A stretch of 64,000 bases of DNA, taken from the NCBI GenBank assembly GCA_963695345.1, contig OY968769.1:1-64000 (forward strand), written 5' to 3'. Source of the DNA: an uncultured Methanomassiliicoccales archaeon (GTDB taxonomy: Archaea; Thermoplasmatota; Thermoplasmata; Methanomassiliicoccales; UBA472). The position numbers and the translations under genes are program-made. Under the pieces are notes generated by a model, which searched no databases, was not told the origin of the DNA, and worked only from the letters and a program-made list of their open reading frames with translations. Below, piece after piece: positions 12,155 to 20,589 of the stretch (position 1 is its first letter; each line of letters starts with the position of its first letter).

Positions 12155-12667
12155 TCAGGACCTAGTCTTACTGTGCCTCATGACAGCATAGGTGGCAAGC
12201 ACAGACATGAGGGCCGTAGCCACGACGATCGCGATAGTGTCCAATGGAATAGTATTCGAACTGTCATTTGATGGATAAGTGACGCGGACAAAACCACCTA
12301 ACCCGGAGGATAACATACCTGGTCCGTGTGTAAGACCATAAATTGCGTATGTACCCGCGGGAACGTCCTTTTGGATATCAACCGAAGTGACATTCATCAC
12401 CGATAAATCCTGGATATAGGCAAATGACTGATTGTTAACTGCTCTTTGGAAATTGTCATCGGTCATGAAGTACATATCGAAACTAACGTTACCAGACACG
12501 ATAATCTCAACATGTCCACCGGATTGCACCGTTATATTAGATTCTTGTAAAATAGGGCCCCCGTAAGGAGCCGAGACATCATTTCCCTTTACATTTGACG
12601 GAATCAACGTCAGACTCAGTATCATGAAGCCTGCCAAAATGATGAATGATTCCTTCCTCCCCCACAT
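12155..12667 (-). CDS. Secreted hypothetical protein with C-terminal TM anchor
   Basis: Signal-peptide-like N-terminus, C-terminal hydrophobic helix followed by a basic tail. Confidence 0.75.
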   Translation of the reverse strand: MWGRKESFIILAGFMILSLTLIPSNVKGNDVSAPYGGPILQESNITVQSGGHVEIIVSGNVSFDMYFMTDDNFQRAVNNQSFAYIQDLSVMNVTSVDIQKDVPAGTYAIYGLTHGPGMLSSGLGGFVRVTYPSNDSSNTIPLDTIAIVVATALMSVLATYAVMRHSKTRS

Positions 12668-12746
12668 GATTTTGGATTGACGGGTAAGTAGATAATGATT
12701 TCTGTATTGAAATAAAATAATTGGAAAATGTTCGATCTATCGCCCG

Positions 12747-12830
12747 AACCTTCGGCGAGACTATTCCCAAATTAGGGATAAATCGGTCGTTAGCCAGTCA
12801 GTTTTGTGGAGGGTAATCTCCAGTCCACCA
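12747..12830 (+). repeat. Degenerate site R3 (runs into the duplicated tRNA 3' end)
   Basis: attccc(12763)-N23-agccagtcag(12792)-N13-aatc(12815)tccagtccacca. Confidence 0.85.
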
Positions 12831-12887
12831 TTCTTCTGGCTAACCTCGATTCCTCCCTTTTTCGGGAAAATGATACTGGCTTGATAT
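12820..12887. repeat. Direct repeat copy 2 (tRNA 3' end + integrase tail)
   Basis: Matches 11237-11303 with 26 bp and 23 bp identical blocks. Confidence 0.92.
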
Positions 12888-12960
12888 GCCGCATAGAGTC
12901 TTCTGCAGCGCTCATGTCCTCAAAATCGAGCCCGATATACTTCATCGTCGTCATAATGTG
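12820..12960 (-). pseudogene. Tyrosine recombinase/integrase C-terminal remnant
   Basis: Reads IMTTMKYIGLDFEDMSAA, then after a frameshift LYAAYQASIIFPKKGGIEVSQKNGGL into the tRNA-end copy; TTxxY resembles the catalytic Tyr box. Confidence 0.6.
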
Positions 12961-13019
12961 GTTTTGTGGAAAACCGTGGCTAATGGAAGACTCGGATGCT
13001 CGCTTTCCACGAATTGGAG

Positions 13020-13070
13020 AGTGACTGCCCTAATATGGGCACGCCAGCTTTTGGTTAGTCGAACTTCTTG
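13020..13070 (+). repeat. Degenerate site R4
   Basis: actgccc-taatat-gggca perfect palindromic core; ggttagtcga at the N23 position. Confidence 0.65.
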
Positions 13071-13076
13071 GAAGCC

Positions 13077-13262
13077 TCAATAGCTCGGATATTGAGCGAA
13101 TCCAAGTATCACATGGCAATGCGGACACGTGAACATGGTTGTAAGGACATCCATTGGCACTATCGTTGTGAGAGTCATCCTGGCCTTTTGGCCATAGTCG
13201 ATGATTTCCCCCGCAATATTGACTCCGCTGACTTCCTTTTTACAATAAGGACACAACCCCAA
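13077..13262 (-). CDS. Small zinc-finger-like protein
   Basis: CPYC...CPHC pairs; TTG start with GAGG upstream. Confidence 0.65.
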   Translation of the reverse strand: MGLCPYCKKEVSGVNIAGEIIDYGQKARMTLTTIVPMDVLTTMFTCPHCHVILGFAQYPSY

Positions 13263-13329
13263 ACTTCCTCACCGAGGATCGTAAATCATATCGATTATAA
13301 AGAAAGGTGAATTGTATATCTATCTCTCA

Positions 13330-13410
13330 AACCCTCGGCGGGGCTTCCCGGATTTTGGAAAAACGGTCGCAGACCAGTCGGTCATAAGGAGGAAGATCCC
13401 GCTTCGCTAT
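13330..13410 (+). repeat. Degenerate site R5
   Basis: ccctcggcgggg-cttcccggattttggaaaaacggtcgca-gaccagtcgg(13372)-N13-gatc(13395); aligns with R3. Confidence 0.75.
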
Positions 13411-13429
13411 TCCCTCACACTCACAATTA

Positions 13430-13774
13430 CTATGGACTGGTCTCTTTTTCGAAAGTATAGAAATCCACCGCTTCATCCCCTACCACCCAGGCATCGTGCC
13501 CCGGGGGAATGTCGATCACATCACCGGGACCGACGTCGATCTCCTGTCCATCGTTGCCCCTGATCCGTAGCCGACCCTTGATCTGGATCCCGAAATGGTG
13601 GAGTTGGCAGGTGGCGGTGCCGGCGAACGGGCTGACATCCTTCGACCACTTCCAGCCCGGTTCGAATGTATATTTGATTGCGACGAAGTTTCCTACCTTG
13701 ACATTGTCCACTCTTGTCAATGGAGGTGTCATTACGGAGTCTGGTTTGTTGAAGCTCTTCTTCAGGATAGTCAT
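13430..13774 (-). CDS. Cupin domain protein
   Basis: FEPGWKWS..CQLHH..GDVIDIPPGHDAWVVG cupin motifs. Confidence 0.9.
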   Translation of the reverse strand: MTILKKSFNKPDSVMTPPLTRVDNVKVGNFVAIKYTFEPGWKWSKDVSPFAGTATCQLHHFGIQIKGRLRIRGNDGQEIDVGPGDVIDIPPGHDAWVVGDEAVDFYTFEKETSP

Positions 13775-13862
13775 GTATATTCCGTGATATCGCTTGACAG
13801 TCCTTGGTATTAGAATATACGTTCGAATAGTGAACCCTCGATGGCATCTTACTCTCTTTCCG

Positions 13863-13914
13863 GCTTCGAGCGATTGCCCTGATATCGGACATTATCGTCT
13901 CGCACGGTCCAGAC
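13863..13914 (+). repeat. Degenerate site R6
   Basis: gcttcgagcgattgccc-tgatatc-ggacatt core; distal box degenerate. Confidence 0.6.
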
Positions 13915-14139
13915 TCACCATAGGTCCTGAGTCAACTCTTTTGGATAGTGGGCGGTGATTAGCCTGCATGCTTTACATCTGTGACCATCAAGATACTGCC
14001 GTGCGAAGAATCCGATCTGCGAAGGTATCGGCTCTCCTGACAGTTGAAGATAGATAGGCTTCTCACTCCAGACCATCCCTAGACCTGGCGCGCTTATGAC
14101 GCCCTTCTCCATCTCATTTCCGCACTCCGGACATTTCAT
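13915..14139 (-). CDS. Small zinc-ribbon protein (DUF6487/PF20097-like)
   Basis: MKCPECGNEMEKGVI...W...GHRCKACRLI. Confidence 0.75.
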   Translation of the reverse strand: MKCPECGNEMEKGVISAPGLGMVWSEKPIYLQLSGEPIPSQIGFFARQYLDGHRCKACRLITAHYPKELTQDLW

Positions 14140-14214
14140 TCTGTGACTTCCCCATTTTGCATGATCCTGAAAGGATAAAAAGAAACGGGTATGAAGACTG
14201 CTGATCCAAGTAAT

Positions 14215-14290
14215 CAAGCGATTCCCCTGACATGGAATGCGCAGGCCCCGAGCCAGTCAGGTTCGATGTCGTGATCCTCCCCATGGGCCT
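14215..14290 (+). repeat. Degenerate site R7
   Basis: gcg-attcc-cctgacat-ggaat core; agccagtcag(14251)-N12-gatc. Confidence 0.8.
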
Positions 14291-14468
14291 GATACTTGTT
14301 CCGTTCAGATTCCCCGTTCAAGTTTCTACATGGCGACGTTACCAAGGATACTTGTCTGAACTGAAATGTCTTGAAATGACCTGAATTATTTCTATTTATA
14401 ACATGTTAAGATGGTTTTTAACCCCTTTTGCAGTGGTCTTCTTTGGTACAACTTAGGGGGTTGGCCAT

Positions 14469-16247
14469 TTGTTGGATCAAGAGAACGATACTAACCGGAA
14501 AACTAACCGAATGGTAACGCTCATGGTGGTGGCCATGTTCATTGGCGCCACACTTTTCATGATGCTGTTGCCGACGATGACCGCCACGAGGAGCAGTTAT
14601 GATACGAAGAACGTCATCATGATGATTCCAGATGGATGCGGGACTCAGGAAACGACCTTGGCTAGATGGTACAATGGCGGAAGCCTTGCTCTGGACTCGA
14701 TGCCTTCCGGATTGATCCGGACCTATGGCGCCGATTCCATCATTACCGATTCCGCTCCCGCTGCGACCGCGTTTGCCACTGGCTACAAAACCGATGACAA
14801 ATATGTTGGAGTATTGCCCGGCACGGTAACTGTCCCGGGCGTGGTGGCCTCATCGGCCGATCTGAAGTATTCGCCGGTCGCCTCGGTGCTAGAGGCCGCC
14901 AAAGCGAAGGGCATGTCGGTCGGTCTAGTCGCCACTTCCAACATTCAGCATGCAACACCAGCCGGTTTCTCGGCCCATTGGCCCGCCAGGTCGAACTACA
15001 CAAACATTGCCGAGCAACAGGTCTATGAGGACATCGACGTCGTCTTTGGAGGCGGATCGCAATACTTGCTGCCAAAGAGCGAGGGCGGCGTTAGGACCGA
15101 CGGGGAGAACCTGATCAACGTTCTCCAGTCACGTGGCTATTCATACATTGATGACAAGACCGAGCTTGCCTCGCTCAACACGAAACATGTTAAGAAGGTC
15201 TGGGGTCTCTTCGCGGCTGACGCGATGGCAAAGGACATCGACCGCTCGCTTCCCCAATTCCAGAACGAACCCTCGCTTGCAGAGATGACCCAGGCGGCGA
15301 TCGATATCCTATCGAAAAATCCGAAGGGATTCTTCCTGATGGTCGAGGGCAGCCAGGTCGATTGGTCCGCCCATGCCAATGACCCGGTCGGTGTCGTGAC
15401 CGAGATCCTGGCGTTCGATGATGCGGTAAGTGTCGCGCTGGATTTCGCGCACAAGAACAGGAACACACTGATCATGGCGTTCTCTGACCACGAGACCGGC
15501 GGGATGAGCATCGGCAACTCCCAAACGGACTCGACCTACTCCAGTCTCGCGTTGAACAAGGTACTTACACCGGCATTCATGAGCGCGAACCTGACCGGGG
15601 CGGGCATCTATTACGCCTTGCCGCAGAACCCGACCGATCAGCAGGTCAAGGACATCGTCAAGACATACTATGGCATCAGCGATCTGACCGATGCCGAGGT
15701 GTCGGCGATCGAGACTGCCAGGGCCAGCACCACGAATTCGATGGACTACGTCGTCGGTCCGATGATCAGCAAGCGGTGCGATATCGGCTGGACCACGACC
15801 GGACACTCCGGCAGCGATGTCATGCTATATACCTACGGACCGAACCGGCCAGTAGGGCTGTTCGAGAACACACAGCTCGCCAAGATCGCCGCCGACGCGA
15901 TGGGAGTGAACCTGGAAAAGACGACCAAGAGACTGTTCGTCAATGCCAGCGCCACCTTCACCAGCATGGAGGCAAAGGTTTCCACCGACAACAGCGACCC
16001 CAACAACCCGGTTCTGGTCGTGGAGAAGGCCGGTGTGGGTACAATGCGCCTGCCATACGCGAAGGACATCGCCATCTTCAATGGTAAGACATACCAGCTG
16101 AACGGGATCACTGTATCGTCATCAAAGACGAATAGTGTGTGGATTTCGATTGAAGCGGTGTATCTGTTCAATGGAAAGATACGGTCAAGCATGACCGACG
16201 GATCAACATCGGTAATCCCATTGTCTGCGATTGCGATGAACAACTAG
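14469..16247 (+). CDS. phoA: Secreted alkaline phosphatase (PhoA family)
   Basis: NVIMMIPDG, ITDSAPAATA catalytic Ser, HATPA, FFLMVEGSQVDWSAHAND, SDHETGG, TTGHS; signal peptide. Confidence 0.93.
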   Translation: MLDQENDTNRKTNRMVTLMVVAMFIGATLFMMLLPTMTATRSSYDTKNVIMMIPDGCGTQETTLARWYNGGSLALDSMPSGLIRTYGADSIITDSAPAATAFATGYKTDDKYVGVLPGTVTVPGVVASSADLKYSPVASVLEAAKAKGMSVGLVATSNIQHATPAGFSAHWPARSNYTNIAEQQVYEDIDVVFGGGSQYLLPKSEGGVRTDGENLINVLQSRGYSYIDDKTELASLNTKHVKKVWGLFAADAMAKDIDRSLPQFQNEPSLAEMTQAAIDILSKNPKGFFLMVEGSQVDWSAHANDPVGVVTEILAFDDAVSVALDFAHKNRNTLIMAFSDHETGGMSIGNSQTDSTYSSLALNKVLTPAFMSANLTGAGIYYALPQNPTDQQVKDIVKTYYGISDLTDAEVSAIETARASTTNSMDYVVGPMISKRCDIGWTTTGHSGSDVMLYTYGPNRPVGLFENTQLAKIAADAMGVNLEKTTKRLFVNASATFTSMEAKVSTDNSDPNNPVLVVEKAGVGTMRLPYAKDIAIFNGKTYQLNGITVSSSKTNSVWISIEAVYLFNGKIRSSMTDGSTSVIPLSAIAMNN

Positions 16248-16400
16248 TCGGTTTGGCAGACATGCAGACGTTGTTGCCATCGCTCTGATGGTGGGAACAG
16301 TGTCGGTGGGGTCATCCCCGGCAATAGAGAATGAGATCGGCAAACCTCTTCCTTCTTTTTCTACTTCATCCAAAGACCGAAAAATCAGAATTATCCTAAT

Positions 16401-16490
16401 AACCTTCAGCGAGGCAATTCCCGAATGGGGAGAAATCGGTCATCGGGGGTTCAAAATTGGAGAGGCCTTGTTCCTTGCGCCTCCGCTATG
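16401..16490 (+). repeat. Degenerate site R8
   Basis: aaccttcagcgaggcaattcccgaatggggagaaatcggtc, 35/42 identical to 12747-12788 by manual alignment. Confidence 0.8.
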
Positions 16491-16500
16491 TCCGGGATCA

Positions 16501-17164
16501 TTATGGCCGTTGGAAGTACCCGGTCATTATCTCCCTGAGTATCCGCCCCTCGGCCTTCCTCATGTGCTGCAGGAGGGTTGGTTTGCTGATGCTGACCTTC
16601 TGGCACAGCTGCTTGCTGCTGATCTTCTTGGGATAATCATAGTAACCGTTCTGAAATGCCGCCACCATCACTTCCCTCTGCTTTCCGGTCAGGACGGCCA
16701 GGATGTCGGCCTTCTGGTAGGCGGCCCTCCTGAAGGCCATCTTCCGTATGGTGCCGGCGTTCTTCATCATCTCGACAAAATCAGACAGGTTCTTCTGCTC
16801 CCCCATCATGCTGATGGTGAATTTCTCCGGTGAGACGATCGTAGGTATCGTATGGACCAGACCCAGGTCGGATTCCTGGAACTGTCCTTTGGTCTCTTCC
16901 GGTTCCGTGTATCTGATGAGGCAGGTGTGCTTGTTGTCAATGGACTTCAGGACGCTCAGGATCTCTATGTTGCCCAACGTCCTGATATCGTGGATCGACA
17001 CACCCTCTTTCAGGGTGAACTCCATGATCTCGATGCATATGCCTTCTCGGTAGTCCATCTTCAGGGTCTCGAGTATCGAGTAGGAACGGACATGGGCGAA
17101 GGTCTCGGCCATTTCCTCTTTCACGGTCTCGAAAGGCTCGATCTCCAGGGTGATGCGTTCTCAT
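16501..17164 (-). CDS. Bat-type (HTH_10) transcriptional regulator; +1 indel right after the start
   Basis: LTGKQREVMVAAFQNGYYDYPKKISSKQLCQKVSISKPTLLQHMRKAE; upstream in-frame RITLEIEPFET. Confidence 0.88.
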
Positions 17165-17299
17165 GGCATCGTTTCTCTAATTATCCACTTCAATATTTAA
17201 ACTATAATACATGTATTGCCCAATTTGCTAGTATTCTCCCGACAATGCCATTATTGGCGAAAATCGCCGGGTGATGAAAAGTGGAACAGAATCAGACGA

Positions 17300-17782
17300 A
17301 TGGAGCGGGTATTGAGCGAGAAGAAGAACGTGAAGGAACAGGACGGGAAGGCCGGACCGGTCCTTGAGGAGCTGAGGATACCGACACAGGTCAAGTTGGC
17401 CGGACTGTGGGGGGCGGTGATGTTCATGTACATCTACGTGGACATCATCGGATTCTTCAAACCGGGGACGATCGCGGATATTCTGGTGGGAAAGGCTTGG
17501 ATCTATGACATCGATCAAACGTGGTTGCTGCTGAGCCTGATGTTGATGACGCTCCCGGTCATAATGGTCTGCGTCTCCCTGATGTTACCGGCCAAGATGA
17601 ACCGGTATGCGAACATCGGTCTGGGCACATTCCACATCGTGATCGCGTTCGGATTCGCTTCGGGAGAGATCAATGCCTATTACGTGTTCGGGACCGTCGT
17701 GGAGGTCATCATCCTCGCCATGATCGTATGGATCGCGTGGAAGTGGCCCAGGGTCACGAGTCACAGTGCGGTCGGGAACTGA
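17300..17782 (+). CDS. DUF6326-like membrane protein
   Basis: KLAGLWGAVMFMYIYVDIIGFFKPGTI motif, 4 TM, AWKWP end. Confidence 0.8.
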   Translation: MERVLSEKKNVKEQDGKAGPVLEELRIPTQVKLAGLWGAVMFMYIYVDIIGFFKPGTIADILVGKAWIYDIDQTWLLLSLMLMTLPVIMVCVSLMLPAKMNRYANIGLGTFHIVIAFGFASGEINAYYVFGTVVEVIILAMIVWIAWKWPRVTSHSAVGN

Positions 17783-17821
17783 ATTGATTTGGATATTGAA
17801 TGTGAGAATGTGGGTGATGGA

Positions 17822-18745
17822 ATGAAAGCCATAGTGATAACAGGAAGCGGAGCGCCAGAGGTCCTGCAGCTCAGGGACGTGGAAAAGCCCACGCCCCGGG
17901 ACAACGAGATGCTGGTCAGGGTCCACGCCTCGACGGTGACCATAGGGGACGCCATCCTCCGGAAGATGCCCCGATTCGTCATGGGTCCGATGATGATCGT
18001 GATGGGCTTCAAGCTGAAAAAGATCGCAGGCCATGAGCTTGCTGGCGTGGTCGAGGCGGTGGGCAGGGACATCAGATCATTCAGGGAAGGCGATCAGGTC
18101 TTCGGAACGACCACCGGGCTCAAATGCGGCGCCAACGCCGAATATGTCTGCATCCCCGAGGAAGGAGGAAGAGGGATGGTGGCCATGAAACCAGTCCAAC
18201 GTGATCCTTCGGGGAGGCCGCCGCCATTCCCATCGGGGGGGTGACCGCCCTCCAGATACTTAGATCGGGGAATGTCAGGAAAGGGGATAGGGTCCTCATC
18301 TACGGGGCGTCCGGTTCCGTGGGCACCTATGCCGTGCAGCTGGCGAAGTATTACGGAGCTCATGTGACAGGGGTCTGCAGCGGTGCGAACCTCGACCTGG
18401 TGAGGTCCATCGGCGCCGATGAGGTGATCGACTACACCAAACAGGATTTCAGAAAGAACGGTGAGACCTATGATGTCGTCTTCGACACCGTAAGGAAGCT
18501 TAAGACGATCGGGATGCAAAAAGTCCCTGGGGGAGAACGGGGTCTTCATATCGTCATGGTCTCCCACGAGGGAGTCGAACGAGGATCTCGTCCACCTAAA
18601 AGAGCTCGTGGAGGCGGGAAAGGTACGACCGGTCATCGACAGGACGTATCGGTTGGAGGAAGTGGTGGAAGCCCATAGGTACGTCGATCTGGGACACAAG
18701 AAAGGCAATGTGATTATTACCGTGGTTGGTGATGATAGTGCCTGA
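17822..18745 (+). CDS. NAD(P)-dependent MDR/quinone oxidoreductase-like dehydrogenase (frameshifted)
   Basis: MKAIV..PEVLQLRDVEKPTP, GHELAGVV, VLIYGASGSVGTYAVQLAK, GHKKGNVII across three frames. Confidence 0.85.
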
Positions 18746-18759
18746 GACGCTACCGCACC

Positions 18760-19734
18760 ATGAAAGCCATAGTATGCGACAGATACGGCCCACCGGACGT
18801 CCTCCGGCTCGAGGAGGTGGAGAGACCGATCCCCCGGGACGACCAGGTACTGGTGAAGGTCCATCGCTTCGTCACTGAATGCGGCCGATTTCGAGATCCT
18901 GGGCGGCGCGGTCTCGGCCCGCATCGCCGGCCCCTTCAGGCCACAGGAACAGGATACCCGGATCGGACGTCGCGGGTCGGGTCGTGGCGGTCGGGAAGAA
19001 CATCAAGACGGTTGAAAATTGGCGATGCGGTCTTCGGGGACCTGTTCACCTGCGGCTTCGGCGCTTTTGCAGAGTATGTGGCAGTACCTGAAGATGCATT
19101 GATGCGGAAACCGGACAGCATATCCTTTGAGGACGCCGCCACCCTCCCCCAGGCGGCCAAGATCGCCCTTGCAGGGCCTTCGCGGCAGGCGTCCCCTCAA
19201 TCGAAAGGGCAGAAGGTCCTGATCAATGGCGCCGGCGGCGGCATGGGCACGTTCGCGGTGCAGATCGCAAAGTACTACGGGGCCGAGGTGACCGGCGTGG
19301 ACAGCATGGGAAAGCTCGATATGCTTCGCGCCATCGGGGCCGACCACGTCATCGACTACGCCCAGGAGGATTGCACAAGGAGCGGGGAGCGCTACGACCT
19401 CATCCTGGATACGGTCGCGCGCCGGTCGATCTTCGATTACAGGCGCGTCATGGCCCCCGATGGCCTTTTCGTGCTGGTGGGAGGCTCAAGATATGCCATA
19501 TTCCAGGCCATCCTCCTGGGCCCTCTGGTCTCCATCGCCAGCAGGAAGAAGATGGGCATCAACCCATGGAATGTGGACAACGAGGAGGACCTGCGGTTCT
19601 TGCTCGAACTTCATGAAAAGGGGAAGCTCTTGCCGGTCATAGACAGGCGAATCCCCCTCAGCGAGGTTCCGGAGGCCCTCGGCGATCTTTCAAATGGGCT
19701 CGTTAAAGGGAAAGTGGTGATAGCCATTGAATGA
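18760..19734 (+). CDS. NAD(P)-dependent MDR dehydrogenase paralog (internal compensating indels)
   Basis: MKAIVCDRYGPPDVL, VLINGAGGGMGTFAVQIAK, GKVVI; the PGSDVAGRVV motif lies in another frame. Confidence 0.88.
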   Translation: MKAIVCDRYGPPDVLRLEEVERPIPRDDQVLVKVHRFVTECGRFRDPGRRGLGPHRRPLQATGTGYPDRTSRVGSWRSGRTSRRLKIGDAVFGDLFTCGFGAFAEYVAVPEDALMRKPDSISFEDAATLPQAAKIALAGPSRQASPQSKGQKVLINGAGGGMGTFAVQIAKYYGAEVTGVDSMGKLDMLRAIGADHVIDYAQEDCTRSGERYDLILDTVARRSIFDYRRVMAPDGLFVLVGGSRYAIFQAILLGPLVSIASRKKMGINPWNVDNEEDLRFLLELHEKGKLLPVIDRRIPLSEVPEALGDLSNGLVKGKVVIAIE

Positions 19735-19999
19735 ATCGGTCGATGGCACATCAAAGATATTCCATTCATATAAATATGACTGCAATCAGATTAAAATATA
19801 AGTCTTATCTTGAAGTGAATTAATCTTGATCTTGAGATCGTCAAAGGCATCCAATCCATGAATGGTGGCCATGATCCCCCCAATGGACCTATGACGGTTT
19901 TTCCATGCCCTTGAGGTCTGTTCCCGAGTGTTTATTTAGTCTGAATGTCGACAATGCTCATGACCTAGGAAATCGGATCCAGGGCACCTCCAGCCAAAC

Positions 20000-20335
20000 T
20001 CGGTCTTCATAGGTGGCACTCCCTGATGCCTGGGCGCCGAGAAGATCGGTCGGACTGGTTCCGCCCAGAGCAGTTATGATACTCAATAGCTGAAGGGAAG
20101 CGGCCATAAGATAACAGATGTTGCCAATGGCCACCGCCTCGTTCGGCGTCAGGGTCGGATGGAATTGTTATACAATGCGATAGTCGCAATGGTGATAGCG
20201 ATCTCGTTGAAGAGCAGAGCGAAACTGAGTAAAAGGACGTTCAACGACCCATAACGCAAATAGGCCCTGGCGGACACGATCGTCAATGTACAAAAATAAT
20301 AAATATCAACCTTCACGAATGTTAATTAGAATGAG
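20000..20335 (-). pseudogene. Fragment of a MASE-type membrane sensor domain
   Basis: Manual translation IVSARAYLRYGSLNVLLL...LTPNEAVAIGNICYL matches IVSARAYLLFGSLNTLLV...FTVNQAVTIGNMGIL of the kinase at 45523-48600. Confidence 0.75.
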
Positions 20336-20589
20336 TTGGCGATGGAAAAATGGAAGCGCGGAACCGACGTTCTCGTCGATCGAAAAGGAATCGATCTCAA
20401 CACCGATTTGAACGAGGTCGGTCGTCATTATCAGAGCAATGCGCCCGGCGCGACCTTGGATTACTATGTCGGCGACAACATGACCGCGTACAAGGTCTGG
20501 TACATTCTATCGACCATGTCAATAACGATACTGCCCCAGTCCAGCAGCCTGTCGCGGGTTTGAACGTTAGGGCGCGTGCGGGTGAGCGA

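Larger units (their letters stand above)
11312..16490. mobile_element. tRNA-anchored array of small cargo genes separated by degenerate att-like repeats
   Basis: 8 related intergenic sites, a duplicated tRNA 3' end, an integrase remnant and lower-GC cargo genes. Confidence 0.6.

Noticed and set aside
11312-14290. CRISPR array or classical attC integron
   Set aside because: The repeats are degenerate and separated by gene-sized intervals; no cas or intI gene and no evident attC R-box pairing.
19950-20000. Possible ninth copy of the array site (aatgctcatgacctagg...cctccagcca)
   Set aside because: Spacing and core symmetry are not preserved; too weak to call by eye.
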